Below, piece after piece: positions 50,295 to 60,359 of a DNA stretch of 64,000 nucleotides; the stretch's first letter is position 1, and every line of letters starts with the position of its first letter. The position numbers and the translations under genes are program-made. The notes beneath the pieces are model-generated. The model did no database searches and was not told the DNA's origin. It saw nothing but the letters and a program-made list of their open reading frames with translations. The DNA comes from Candidatus Woesearchaeota archaeon (lineage in GTDB: Archaea; Nanobdellota; Nanobdellia; Pacearchaeales; GW2011-AR1): the NCBI GenBank assembly GCA_964384965.1, contig CAYLLR010000001.1, forward strand, positions 2,568 through 66,567, written 5' to 3'.

Positions 50295-51071
50295 TTAAAT
50301 TCCTAAAGCAATGTCAAAAAGGGAGGCAAAAGCTTCTGAAAAGAAGTCCGAATTCAACCATATGGCTTGGTCATCTTTGTTGGATTCCTTAGAAAGATAA
50401 AATAAAACTTCTTTTCTGTCTATAATAAAAAATTTCGCATCAACTTTAACAGGTTTTATCCTTATTTTTATTCTCTCTGAGAGCTCTTTTATTCTTTTTG
50501 GGTCTCCTGATAGTGCAACCTTAACTTTAACATTTTTTTTCCTTAATGATCCGAATGTTTCTATAAAAAGTTTTTCTTTAATTTCCATCTCTTCGAGGTT
50601 TGTGCAGACTATAACTTCCTTCTCTGCTGAATCAATTATTTCTTTTAGATGGTTTGAAATTGTGCTCCTTCCTCTTATAGAAGCAGAAAGATCCTGGCGT
50701 CTTACTGGATTTATTCCAACGTTATAAAGTTCTTCAAGTTGTGTAAATTCCTCAGTTTCCCGGATTTTTAAAAGAGTTTTAAATTTTTCTTCTGCTTGAG
50801 TTCTGATGTTATTTTTAAGTTTTTCAAGAATTATTTTTGGTTTAACTCCGAGATATCTTACTGGTTTACCTATCTTTATAATTGCAAATCCTTTTTTTTC
50901 TAAAGATTCTAAAACGTCATAGGTTCTTGATCTTGGAACTCCTGAGATAGATGCAATTTCACCCGCAGAAGCCGATCCCTTTCCCAAAAGAGCTAACCAA
51001 ACTTTGGTTTCATAAATGTTTAAATCAAAATAATCCTTTATTCTCCCTATTAATTCATTTTTGACCAACAT
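50295..51071 (-). CDS. TrmB-family transcriptional regulator.
   Basis: N-terminal wHTH YETKVWLALLGKGSASAGEIASISGVPRSRTYDVLESLEKKGF. Confidence 0.75.
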   Translation of the reverse strand: MLVKNELIGRIKDYFDLNIYETKVWLALLGKGSASAGEIASISGVPRSRTYDVLESLEKKGFAIIKIGKPVRYLGVKPKIILEKLKNNIRTQAEEKFKTLLKIRETEEFTQLEELYNVGINPVRRQDLSASIRGRSTISNHLKEIIDSAEKEVIVCTNLEEMEIKEKLFIETFGSLRKKNVKVKVALSGDPKRIKELSERIKIRIKPVKVDAKFFIIDRKEVLFYLSKESNKDDQAIWLNSDFFSEAFASLFDIALGI

Positions 51072-51072
51072 T

Positions 51073-51396
51073 TTAAAATCCTCCCTCTTCTTTCAAAAAG
51101 ACATCATAAATTTTTGCTTTGTAATTTAAAAGTTTTGATTCGATTTCATTAGAATATTTTTCTTTGTTTTCTAAAGTTAGGTAATTAGATAGAAAATTGA
51201 AAATAGATTTAAATTCATTATGTAAAGAATAATATCCTTTTTCAAAAATTCTTTTTTGACCTTCAAAGTTTAGACGGGAAATAAGAAAATTTTCTCTTTC
51301 TTTGATAATCTTTTCCAAATCACTTATCAAATTTTTTACAAATAATTCGGAATATTCTCCTGCCAATTTTGTTTTTTTTAAATTTTTATTTTTCAT
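51073..51396 (-). CDS. Hypothetical protein.
   Basis: ORF only. Lies immediately upstream of trmB on the same strand. Confidence 0.3.
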   Translation of the reverse strand: MKNKNLKKTKLAGEYSELFVKNLISDLEKIIKERENFLISRLNFEGQKRIFEKGYYSLHNEFKSIFNFLSNYLTLENKEKYSNEIESKLLNYKAKIYDVFLKEEGGF

Positions 51397-51404
51397 TTTT
51401 TTCT

Positions 51405-51764
51405 TTATCTTTTTCTTTTCGAGGCAATTTTCTCTGGAATAGAATTTATTCTCAAAATAAGAGGATCATCTTTTTCTGAAAAGATAGTGGAGTGAATTTT
51501 TGCTAAAAGGGTGTTTCTTTTTTTGTAGAGTTTTTTATCTTTAAACTCAAATGCTGAAATTTCATCAATAATTTTTTCAAAATAGTGCTTTTCCATACTG
51601 GAGATTAAAGTTTTTGGGACTTTCAAATAAGATTCTATCAATGAATCATAATTCTCCAACTTTCTCGAATAAGGATAATCTGTGTTTCTTTTCATCATGT
51701 AATTACTTAATAATAACACATTTATAAATCTTTCTATGTTGTTGTGTTTGGTTAGGGGTAACAA
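51405..51764 (-). CDS. Hypothetical protein.
   Basis: ORF only. Confidence 0.3.
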   Translation of the reverse strand: MLPLTKHNNIERFINVLLLSNYMMKRNTDYPYSRKLENYDSLIESYLKVPKTLISSMEKHYFEKIIDEISAFEFKDKKLYKKRNTLLAKIHSTIFSEKDDPLILRINSIPEKIASKRKR

Positions 51765-51802
51765 TTAGAAAGATTTATAAGTAATTAGTGCTAATTTAAA
51801 TT

Positions 51803-52138
51803 ATGGAAAACAATTTTGGATATGAAACTAAAAAACCCATTTATGTGAAGTATTTAGGAAAAGAAGTACAAGGGAGTTCCTCATTGGGATCATTTGTAGG
51901 AATCGTTTCGGGATTTGACATCGAAAGGAATGAGCTTTATCTGAATCCATACCTTTCTTTTGAAAATCTTTTGAATAGTGACGGAAATTGGAAACCCTAT
52001 CCAAAAAAGCACAATTCCCTTGACAAAATTGTTCCTCTCTCGCCGATTTTTTTGGAAGTTGTGACTCCCGGGTATATGGACAAGATTTTGAAAAATTATA
52101 AAAAAGTTAAAAATTCTAAATCAAAAAAATCCAACTAA
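51803..52138 (+). CDS. Possible Sm-like (LSm) protein with an insertion.
   Basis: GIVSGFDIERNELYLN fits the Sm1 G.L.gFD..MNLVL pattern. IFLEVV resembles Sm2. Confidence 0.35.
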   Translation: MENNFGYETKKPIYVKYLGKEVQGSSSLGSFVGIVSGFDIERNELYLNPYLSFENLLNSDGNWKPYPKKHNSLDKIVPLSPIFLEVVTPGYMDKILKNYKKVKNSKSKKSN

Positions 52139-53042
52139 TTAAAATTCCTAAAAAAATTCCCGCACTGATGAAGGGCATTGCAGGATAGAATTTCTTTTTT
52201 TCTGAAAAAATTAATAATCCTCCAAGACCCAAAAATGCCCCAAATATAATTGCCATTGCAGACCAAAGGCCCCACGCCCTTAAAAAAACCCCTGAAGTGA
52301 TTATTGGGAATATCACGTCTCCCCCTCCAAGCATAGCAATATTGATTTTTATTTTAGATTTTCTCAAATCTTTTCCTGATTTTTTTAATTTCCTTAATTT
52401 TTCCTTGACTTTCTTTGAGGCATAAGGAATGAAAAATCCTCCAAAGATGTTTAATTTGTCCATTTGAAATTTTGCCATTTTCTGCATAATTCCGGATTTC
52501 CAAACTGCCCACATATCATAAATAGAGATAAAGATTAACAGAATAATTATTGAAATAATTCCTAAAATTGGAACAAATAGCGCGGCTATTCCAGGATAGA
52601 TGAAAAGTTCTGTAAGATTGTGCACTATGAGATTTTTTTTATAAACTTTGCTTATTGCAAAAGGAATTGCAAGGGCGAGAGCAATCAGAGAAATATATTT
52701 CACAGAAGGCAAGATGGCTACGAAAGAAATTCCTAATGCAAGAATTGTTACGACAAAAAACCAAGTTTTGAGAATAAATTTTGCCTTTATTTTTATTAGT
52801 AGAAAAATTAAAGAGAGGGCAATTATGAAAGAAAAAATTATGGAAAAAAGCATGGAAGTTTCGTTAACATTTTCTTCGTCCTGAAAGCCCATTCCATAGG
52901 GTAAAATTTTTCCAGAATTTTTTATAATTTGTCCGTTGGTAATCTTTTCTTGAGAATATGATTGAACAACGTAAAGACCAATAAATTGACTGGTTAAAAA
53001 CATTAAAAGAATTATGGCCGTTATTTTGACGTTATGTTTCAT
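52116..53042 (-). CDS. Presenilin / signal-peptide-peptidase homolog (A22-type intramembrane aspartyl protease).
   Basis: YD in a TM helix (ISIYDMWAV), long basic cytoplasmic loop, GGGD (GxGD) in the next TM, PAMP (PAL-like) near the C-terminus, about 9 TMs. Confidence 0.6.
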   Translation of the reverse strand: MKHNVKITAIILLMFLTSQFIGLYVVQSYSQEKITNGQIIKNSGKILPYGMGFQDEENVNETSMLFSIIFSFIIALSLIFLLIKIKAKFILKTWFFVVTILALGISFVAILPSVKYISLIALALAIPFAISKVYKKNLIVHNLTELFIYPGIAALFVPILGIISIIILLIFISIYDMWAVWKSGIMQKMAKFQMDKLNIFGGFFIPYASKKVKEKLRKLKKSGKDLRKSKIKINIAMLGGGDVIFPIITSGVFLRAWGLWSAMAIIFGAFLGLGGLLIFSEKKKFYPAMPFISAGIFLGILISWIFLI

Positions 53043-53129
53043 TTTCCCATAAATATATGGAAAATTTACTTTTTAAAATAGATGTTTAAGGAGAAGAATT
53101 ATTATAAATTAGGTTTAATTTGAATTTTT

Positions 53130-53660
53130 ATGGAAATTTATTTTGTAACAGGCAATAAGAATAAATTTAATGAAGCTAAAAAAATTGTTGGGAGACAGAT
53201 TAAGAAAATTGAATTGGATTTGGAGGAGATTCAATCCGATGATATCTATGAAATTGTAAAAAATAAAGCTAAAAAAGCTTTCGAGATATTAAAAGAGCCA
53301 ATTTTTGTGGAAGATGTTGCTTTTTATCTGAAATGTTTAAACCAATTCCCAGGTCCAAATATTAAATGGATGGTTAAATCTGTAGGGGTTAGAGGAATCT
53401 ATAAATTAGTCAAAAAATATAAAGAAAAAAAAGTTCTTGTCAGGGCGGTGGTTTGTTATTTTAATGGAAATGAATTTAAATTTTTTACAGGGGATTTAAA
53501 TGGAAAAATTGTTTTTCCAAAAGGGAATGGGTTTGGATTTGATCCCATAGTTTTACCTAAGGGTGAAAAAAAGACGATGGGGCAATTGGGTGAATCAAAA
53601 AAGAATGAAATTTCTCATAGGGCTCTTGCCTGGAAAAAAGTAAAGGCTGAGTTGTTTTAA
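53130..53660 (+). CDS. Non-canonical purine NTP pyrophosphatase (Ham1/RdgB/ITPase).
   Basis: MEIYFVTGNKNKFNEAK N-terminus and FGFDPIV motif. Confidence 0.85.
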   Translation: MEIYFVTGNKNKFNEAKKIVGRQIKKIELDLEEIQSDDIYEIVKNKAKKAFEILKEPIFVEDVAFYLKCLNQFPGPNIKWMVKSVGVRGIYKLVKKYKEKKVLVRAVVCYFNGNEFKFFTGDLNGKIVFPKGNGFGFDPIVLPKGEKKTMGQLGESKKNEISHRALAWKKVKAELF

Positions 53661-53674
53661 ATTCTTTAAAATCT

Positions 53675-55561
53675 TTACCTTAATCTAAGAGTTTCCAATC
53701 CCCTCGGAACGCTCGTTTCAATTCTATTGGCCTTGTATAATGAGGAAGCTAAGTCAAGAGATTTTGAGACTTCCCCATGGTTAACAATTATTCTTTTTGG
53801 TTTAGGGTCCATGTTTCGGACGTAATTCATAAGTTCATTTCTTCCGGAATGAGGTGAAAGACCATTCACTAATTCAACTCTCATCTTTACGTCGAGAGTT
53901 TTTAGTCCTCCTTCATCTTCAATTTTTACATATTTTGCTCCGTCCTGGAGTTGACGTCCGATAGAACCTGGTCCTTGATAACAACTAAGAATTAACAAAT
54001 TATTTTCGTTTCCTGCAAAATGTTTAAGGTATTCAACAGATGCTCCTCCAACGAGCATTCCGGAAGTTGCAATAACAATGCAAGGTCCTCCGTCGATAAC
54101 GGCCTTTCTTTCTTGTGGGGACCCAACTCTTGAAAAAACTTCTGAAATAAATGGGTTATTATCCTGAAAAATCTGGTTTCTTAAATTAGAAGATAAAAAA
54201 TCGGGGTACGCTGTGTGAATAGCATTAATGTCCCAAACCATTCCATCGACGTACATGGGAATTTTTGGAAGTTCTCCTTTTCTGATTGCTTCTTCAACTC
54301 TGAGCATGGTTTCTTGAGCGTGCCCAAGACCTAATTCGGGAAGTAAAACTTTTCCACCTTTTAAAATTGTCTCCTTGGTCATTTTTAGAAACATTTCTTC
54401 TGTGGTTTTTCTGGACGGCAAGATATCATTTTTTCCTCCGTATGTTGATTCAATTTGGATTGTTTCCACCCTTGGAAATTTGTTAATTGCAGGGTCCAAA
54501 AGTCTTGTTTTTCCATATTTCATATCTCCCGAATACAAGAAATTGTGGGAACCATTCCCAACATTAATGTGGACTTGGGAGGATCCCAAAACGTGACCTG
54601 CATTGTAAAAAGTTATTCTTACGTCGGGAGTGATGTCATGGACATCTCCATAATTTAAGCAAATTGTTCTTTTAACCATTTCGCTTACGTCTGTTGAAGA
54701 GAAGATTGGAGCTGATGCTTGTTTGTAAGAAACTCCAATAAAATCAAGAGCAAGCAAAGCTGAAATGTCTCTTGTAGGAGCAGTCATATAGGCCGGTCCT
54801 TTATAACCCATTTTATACAAATAAGGAAGCAATCCACTATGGTCTAAATGTGCGTGTGATAGAACTACCGCATCAATTTGAGAAATATCGAATTCTGGAA
54901 CATTAAAAACGGGAAATTTATCTTTACCTTCTGAAGCTACATCTATCCCACAATCTAAGAGTATTCGGGATTTGGGAGTTTGCAATAAAAAACAACTCCT
55001 TCCTACTTGTCTTCCTCCCCCCAAGATTGTAACCCTTACCCAACCATCCGATTTTTCCTGAGTCCACCCGGAATAAATTTTTTCCCCAACTTCATTTAAA
55101 AATTTTCTTCTATCTCTGTTCTTTGCATACAATACGCTCCTTATATTTTCGGTAATTTTTGATTTTATTGCGGGACTCCTTTGGACTTGGGGTGTCCAGA
55201 GAATGGAATTTTTTATTTCTGTAAGAATTGAACCCTGTTTTCCAATTACAATCCCCGGTTTTTTTGCTTCAATGGTAACTATACTTCGGTGCAAATCAAA
55301 AAGAATGTTAGTTATTTCAGCTTCTTCTGGGACAATATTTCTAATTTTTTTTTCAACAATTTCTTTGTCTGGAAGTATTTTTGTATCTGCTCTAAGTTCA
55401 ATTCTTTTTTTAATATCATTTACAATTTCTTTTATTTTTCCCTCTCCTTCTCTAAAAAATTTCTCATTTTTTGTATATACAACTATGTTTGCACCTTCAA
55501 ATGATGCTTCAGAGACTTCTCCGTGAAGTCTATCTGTAATATTTTTTAAGATTTCTAACAT
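53675..55561 (-). CDS. Archaeal CPSF73-like beta-CASP ribonuclease with N-terminal KH domains (aCPSF1).
   Basis: LGGGRQVGRSC, VLSHAHLDHSG, beta-CASP motifs, 628 aa with N-terminal KH-like region. Confidence 0.9.
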   Translation of the reverse strand: MLEILKNITDRLHGEVSEASFEGANIVVYTKNEKFFREGEGKIKEIVNDIKKRIELRADTKILPDKEIVEKKIRNIVPEEAEITNILFDLHRSIVTIEAKKPGIVIGKQGSILTEIKNSILWTPQVQRSPAIKSKITENIRSVLYAKNRDRRKFLNEVGEKIYSGWTQEKSDGWVRVTILGGGRQVGRSCFLLQTPKSRILLDCGIDVASEGKDKFPVFNVPEFDISQIDAVVLSHAHLDHSGLLPYLYKMGYKGPAYMTAPTRDISALLALDFIGVSYKQASAPIFSSTDVSEMVKRTICLNYGDVHDITPDVRITFYNAGHVLGSSQVHINVGNGSHNFLYSGDMKYGKTRLLDPAINKFPRVETIQIESTYGGKNDILPSRKTTEEMFLKMTKETILKGGKVLLPELGLGHAQETMLRVEEAIRKGELPKIPMYVDGMVWDINAIHTAYPDFLSSNLRNQIFQDNNPFISEVFSRVGSPQERKAVIDGGPCIVIATSGMLVGGASVEYLKHFAGNENNLLILSCYQGPGSIGRQLQDGAKYVKIEDEGGLKTLDVKMRVELVNGLSPHSGRNELMNYVRNMDPKPKRIIVNHGEVSKSLDLASSLYKANRIETSVPRGLETLRLR

Positions 55562-55579
55562 TTTATTAATTAAAAATAA

Positions 55580-56242
55580 TTATTTCCTGTCCTTAAAATT
55601 GGGTTCAATTGACTGGCTGACAACTTTCTTTATTCCTTCTTTAGTTATTGTAAAGATATCTATTCCATATCCTGATCCAATGTCTCTTTGGGTTGAAGAT
55701 TTTAGTGCTTCCTTTGCAAGTTCAATACCCTCTTTAATGTCCATTTCTTTTTTATATTGTCTTTCTAATAATCCTAATACATATGGCATTCCGGATCCAA
55801 AGTTAGCATCATAATCTTTAACTTTTACAACACTTCCTGCGGGTTCAATAGTGTAGAGTTCCGTAGTTCCATCCTCATTGAATCCTCCTAATAAAAATCC
55901 CGCTTGTTGAGGAATCATTGAAGGCTGTCTTATTCCATTATAGCTAATATTTGCAAGTAAACTTGAAGCTTGTTGCACGGTTGGTCTTGATTTTGATTTT
56001 AATTCTTTTAATTTGAGTTCTGCTGAAAGAATTTTTGGAACCCTTTGAGCATCAGAAACCATTCCCGTAAACGAAATGAGAAGATATTCGTTTATTAAAA
56101 TAGTTTTTGGATAATCTTTTCCCACAACCAGATTTCCTGCTGTAATTTGTCTATCACTTGCCATTACGATTCCATTTTTGCAAACTATCCCAAGGATTGT
56201 TGTCCCTGTCTTCAAAATATTTTTTTTAAAATCTTCATCCAT
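55580..56242 (-). CDS. psmB: Proteasome subunit beta.
   Basis: Propeptide followed by TTILGIVCKNGIVMASDRQ with active-site Thr. Confidence 0.9.
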   Translation of the reverse strand: MDEDFKKNILKTGTTILGIVCKNGIVMASDRQITAGNLVVGKDYPKTILINEYLLISFTGMVSDAQRVPKILSAELKLKELKSKSRPTVQQASSLLANISYNGIRQPSMIPQQAGFLLGGFNEDGTTELYTIEPAGSVVKVKDYDANFGSGMPYVLGLLERQYKKEMDIKEGIELAKEALKSSTQRDIGSGYGIDIFTITKEGIKKVVSQSIEPNFKDRK

Positions 56243-56329
56243 TTTTCTAATAAAATTTTAGAATTTATAACCTTTTGGGGAATGGAGAATTTATAAAGAT
56301 TTCGGATTTTATATTTGAGTAATCTTTAA

Positions 56330-58375
56330 TTATTCTTTTTTGCTTATTCCATACTCTTTTTTTAGTTTTATAACGTTTTCAACAAATCCTTCAATTTTTT
56401 GTTCGTGAGAAACAATAATCAATTGTTTGACTTTAAGTTGTTCTAAGACGCCCCTCATTTTGTCAAGTTGTTGCTCACTAAATCCGTCTGTTGGTTCGTC
56501 TAAGATCATTAAATCTTTGGTTTTTATTTTGCTCATAAGAGAATTTATAACTTGGTTTAATGCAAGCCTATAAGCAAGTGCAATGGCTGTTCTTTCGCCG
56601 CCCGAGAGGTAAGCGTAATCCAGTTCGTAATCCTGCTGCTCAATTATAGGGGTAAAGTCGTCTGAAAGTCGAACTATAAATTGGTCAGAGACAAGAGTTT
56701 GAAACCAATCTGAAAAAAGTCTTGAAAATTCATTTTTTAAAGAGGCCATTACGTTTTTTTCTAAAAATGAAATAACAGGAATAAATTTTTTATTTATCCA
56801 ATTTTCAAGTTCGCTAATGTATTTTAATTTTTTATTTATTTTTTCAATTTTAGAAACCTTCTCTTTTAATTCCAAAATTGATTTAGAGTACATTTCAATT
56901 TCTTTTTTTATTTCTGCAACTTTTATTTCTGAAATTTTTTCTTGTTTAAGAGATTCTTTTAATTCTTTTTCTTTCTCATTAAAAATGGTTTCAAATTTTG
57001 CAAGTTTAAATAAATCTTCATTTAGGGATTTAATATGGTTTTTTAAAAGATTCGTATCTTTTTTCAAAAATTCATTTTCATTTTTTAGTTCGTTTAACTT
57101 GGATTTTTTTTGTGTTATCCCTTCAAGTTTCATTTTTAAAATTTTTAAATCTGTTAATTTTTCTTCATCTGAAGAAATTTTTAGTTTTACTTCTTTAATT
57201 TTTTCAAAGATTTCTTTTTCTTTATTTTCAAGCTCTTCAATTTTTCTTTTGGAGAAAGATATCTCATTGTAAGTTTTATTTAAGACATTTGCCCTATACA
57301 CCGCGTCGACTTCTTGTTGGCATGTTGGACAAACTTTCAAATCTGACATTGTATCGTGGAGTTTTTTATTTTCTTGACATTTTCTTTTTAGACTTTCAAT
57401 TTCTGAACTTATTTTTAAAATTTTTTTATTGAGGTCTTCTTCTTCTACTACCATCTCTATAATTTTTTTTTCTATTTTTTCAAATTGACTTTCATTGAAA
57501 TTTAAACTTTCAAAATTTTTTATTTCGGATTCAATTTCTTTTATTTGTTTCTCATTTACCAATAAATTATCCTTCTTGGAGATAATCATTATTTTTGATT
57601 TTTCAATTTCCTGTTTTATTTTATTTCTTCTTTCAACTTTTTTGGAAATTTCTTCTTTTTCCAGTTCTATTTTTTTTCTATTTTGGGTTTTTAATCGAAA
57701 TTCCTCTTCCAAAACCTTTGTACTTTTTTTCATTTTAAGAAGTTCATTTTCTTTATTTGAAATTTCTTTTTTGTCTTCTTCCAGATTGGAAGTGATGCCT
57801 TCCATTAACCTTTTTTCTTCTCTAAGTTTAAGCCTGAGAAGAGAGGCATTTTCCAAGATTGTTTTATATTTATCAATCCCAAAAACGTGCCTTAACGTAT
57901 TTACTCTCATTTCGGAGTCTTCTAAAATTATTTCTTTCATTTCTTCTTGAGGGGTGTAAACTGTAAATTTGTATAAAATATTTTGTTTTTTTGAAAATTC
58001 TTGAGGATAATTTAAAATTTCTAAAACTTTTTGCTTTATTTCACTTACAGAAAGCTCCTCTTTTTTTCCATCAATAGAAATGGCACAATAATCCTGAGAG
58101 ATAGTTTTTCCTCTTTTTAATTTTCTTTCGATTAAAATATTCTTTTCCTCTATCTCAAATTCTAAGATAACTTTCCCTTCATCTTTTCCATTTTTTAAGA
58201 GGGCTGAACCTCTTTGTCCAGGTTGCAATCCAAATAACCCAAACTCAATTGCTAAAAGTACGGAAGTTTTTCCTGAACCGATGTCTCCAGATAAAAGTAT
58301 TGAACCGGGGGTAAAAACAATCTCTTCGTAATCGTAACTTCTAATATTTTCTAAAATTATTTTTTTTATTATCAT
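56330..58375 (-). CDS. rad50: DNA double-strand break repair ATPase Rad50 (short archaeal form).
   Basis: Walker A GDIGSGKTS, long coiled coil with CPTC zinc hook, signature LSGGER, Walker B/D-loop LMILDEPTDGF. Confidence 0.85.
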   Translation of the reverse strand: MIIKKIILENIRSYDYEEIVFTPGSILLSGDIGSGKTSVLLAIEFGLFGLQPGQRGSALLKNGKDEGKVILEFEIEEKNILIERKLKRGKTISQDYCAISIDGKKEELSVSEIKQKVLEILNYPQEFSKKQNILYKFTVYTPQEEMKEIILEDSEMRVNTLRHVFGIDKYKTILENASLLRLKLREEKRLMEGITSNLEEDKKEISNKENELLKMKKSTKVLEEEFRLKTQNRKKIELEKEEISKKVERRNKIKQEIEKSKIMIISKKDNLLVNEKQIKEIESEIKNFESLNFNESQFEKIEKKIIEMVVEEEDLNKKILKISSEIESLKRKCQENKKLHDTMSDLKVCPTCQQEVDAVYRANVLNKTYNEISFSKRKIEELENKEKEIFEKIKEVKLKISSDEEKLTDLKILKMKLEGITQKKSKLNELKNENEFLKKDTNLLKNHIKSLNEDLFKLAKFETIFNEKEKELKESLKQEKISEIKVAEIKKEIEMYSKSILELKEKVSKIEKINKKLKYISELENWINKKFIPVISFLEKNVMASLKNEFSRLFSDWFQTLVSDQFIVRLSDDFTPIIEQQDYELDYAYLSGGERTAIALAYRLALNQVINSLMSKIKTKDLMILDEPTDGFSEQQLDKMRGVLEQLKVKQLIIVSHEQKIEGFVENVIKLKKEYGISKKE

Positions 58376-59535
58376 TCTATATTCAAAATTTTTTTTGATT
58401 CTTCTAAAAGTCTGGTATTAAACGAATCGACGGTTTCTCCTTCTTGTTTTTCAATTGAGAGAGTGTTTATTAAAAGTGGGATAAATTTATTAAATTGAGA
58501 GGGGTTTTCGTCAGAATATTTTTTTATTGTTTCTTCTTCCAGGTTAGTTTTGTTTTTTATTTCAATGTCAAGTTCCATGTCTTTTGATTTTAAATCACGA
58601 GTGTTTTTCAGGAAGAAATATGCCCCCTTTTCAAAACAAAAATTTTCAACTTTTTCCAGTTTAATGTCTGAAATTTTTTGGTTGTCAAGTTCTCCTGAAA
58701 TTCTAAGCAAAACCAATTTATCTTTTAAATTTCTTTTTTGTAATTCTTCAATTATCTCTTCATTTGTAATCAGGGAATTTTTCACTTCAATGTTTACAAT
58801 TTCAATTTCTTTTAATTTAATTTCAATTTTTTCGAAAGAATCCCCAAGTTCAGTATTAACAATGTAAAAACTTCCACATTCAAGAGTTTCCAATTCTTGA
58901 AAATTATTTGGGAAAACTGGTCCAGGATAAACGAGGTTTTTATATCTGAAATCGACGTGAATATGCCCAAGTGCGTAATAATTTGCTTCGGGGAGATTAT
59001 CTGCTTCGACGCATTCAATTGGAAGAACTCCTCTGACTTTATCCATTGTTGTATGAAGCATTAAAATTTTAAACATTCCGGGAGCGTCATCCAATTTTAT
59101 TTTTTTTATATCTCCTACTTCAAGACCGGATTTTTTTCCAGGATAACCATAGAATGCAATTCCTTTATGGATTGTGGGTATTAACAAAATTTCATCATCT
59201 TTAAATTCTGCTTTAAAAATATTTTTACAAAATCCTGCTTTTTCTAAAACATCTAAAAAGGTTTTTCCTGAAACAGAATAATCGTGTGAGCCAGCAATAA
59301 TGAAAACCGGTATTTTTGCGTCTTTTAATTTTTTGAATTCCGCAAATGTTTCCTTTAATGTTTCGATTGGAGGATAAGCGGAATCAAATAGGTCCCCTGC
59401 AATTAATATAAACTCAACTTTTCTTTCAATACAAGTTTGAACAACTTTTTGGAATGCAAGAAAATTTAAATCCTGCATTGGACCTGGTCTCCATCCTCCA
59501 AGATGAACATCTGCAAAATGCGCGAAATTTACCAT
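58372..59535 (-). CDS. mre11: DNA double-strand break repair nuclease Mre11.
   Basis: FAHFADVHLG, GDLFD, GSHDY, GHIH phosphoesterase motifs. Overlaps rad50 by 4 nt. Confidence 0.9.
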   Translation of the reverse strand: MVNFAHFADVHLGGWRPGPMQDLNFLAFQKVVQTCIERKVEFILIAGDLFDSAYPPIETLKETFAEFKKLKDAKIPVFIIAGSHDYSVSGKTFLDVLEKAGFCKNIFKAEFKDDEILLIPTIHKGIAFYGYPGKKSGLEVGDIKKIKLDDAPGMFKILMLHTTMDKVRGVLPIECVEADNLPEANYYALGHIHVDFRYKNLVYPGPVFPNNFQELETLECGSFYIVNTELGDSFEKIEIKLKEIEIVNIEVKNSLITNEEIIEELQKRNLKDKLVLLRISGELDNQKISDIKLEKVENFCFEKGAYFFLKNTRDLKSKDMELDIEIKNKTNLEEETIKKYSDENPSQFNKFIPLLINTLSIEKQEGETVDSFNTRLLEESKKILNIE

Positions 59536-59624
59536 CTTAAAAACGTTCCTATATCCTTAAAATATCGAAAAGGTATATAAAGATGATTGAAGAAAAATAT
59601 ATATTTAATCTCTTAGTTTAGAAA

Positions 59625-60323
59625 ATGAAACCTAAAACGGTAAATCTTAAGCTTAAAGAAATCAATCACTTGGGAGAGGATTTAAGAGTTTTAGTTTTTA
59701 AGTTGAATGAAGTCATCGATTTTGAAGCAGGACAATATCTTTCAATAATTTTTGAGAAGAATGGGGAAAAAATTGTTAGGTCTTATTCTATTATATCTTC
59801 TCCGGAAGAGAAAAATTTGGTAAAGCTATTTATAAAAAGAATTCATGGAGGGCCTGGATCAAATTTTTTATTTAACCTTCAATTAGGAGATGAGATTAAA
59901 TGTTTAATTCCCCTCGGAAAATTTGTTTTGGAAAAAAATTCATTAAAAAAAGATTTAATTTTTATTGGGAATGGAACGGGGGTTTCTCCACTTTTGAGCA
60001 TGATTTTTCATCTTTTAAATCATAATTTCAAGAAAAAAATTTATCTAATATCTGGTTTTAAGAGAAAGGAAAATATTCCAGAAAAAGATTTGTTGACTAA
60101 GTTTGAAAAAAAACATAAAAATTTCAAACATTATAATATTTTGAGTAAAGAGGATTCTTGCTTAAAAGGACACATTCAAGATTATCTTGAAGAATTAATT
60201 CCAAAAAAGTTCAAAGGGGATTTTTATCTTTGTGGATTAAGGAAAATGGTCGAAGAAATAAGGAGAAAATTAATTGAAATGGGATTTGAAGAAAAGAGAG
60301 TTCATTTTGAAAAGTATGATTAA
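59625..60323 (+). CDS. FNR-like FAD/NAD(P)-binding oxidoreductase.
   Basis: RSYSIIS (RxYS FAD motif), GNGTGVSP (NAD(P) GxGxxP), C-terminal YLCG..KM. Confidence 0.7.
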   Translation: MKPKTVNLKLKEINHLGEDLRVLVFKLNEVIDFEAGQYLSIIFEKNGEKIVRSYSIISSPEEKNLVKLFIKRIHGGPGSNFLFNLQLGDEIKCLIPLGKFVLEKNSLKKDLIFIGNGTGVSPLLSMIFHLLNHNFKKKIYLISGFKRKENIPEKDLLTKFEKKHKNFKHYNILSKEDSCLKGHIQDYLEELIPKKFKGDFYLCGLRKMVEEIRRKLIEMGFEEKRVHFEKYD

Positions 60324-60359
60324 ACTTTAAAACTCTGAAATCTTTTCATAAATCATAGA

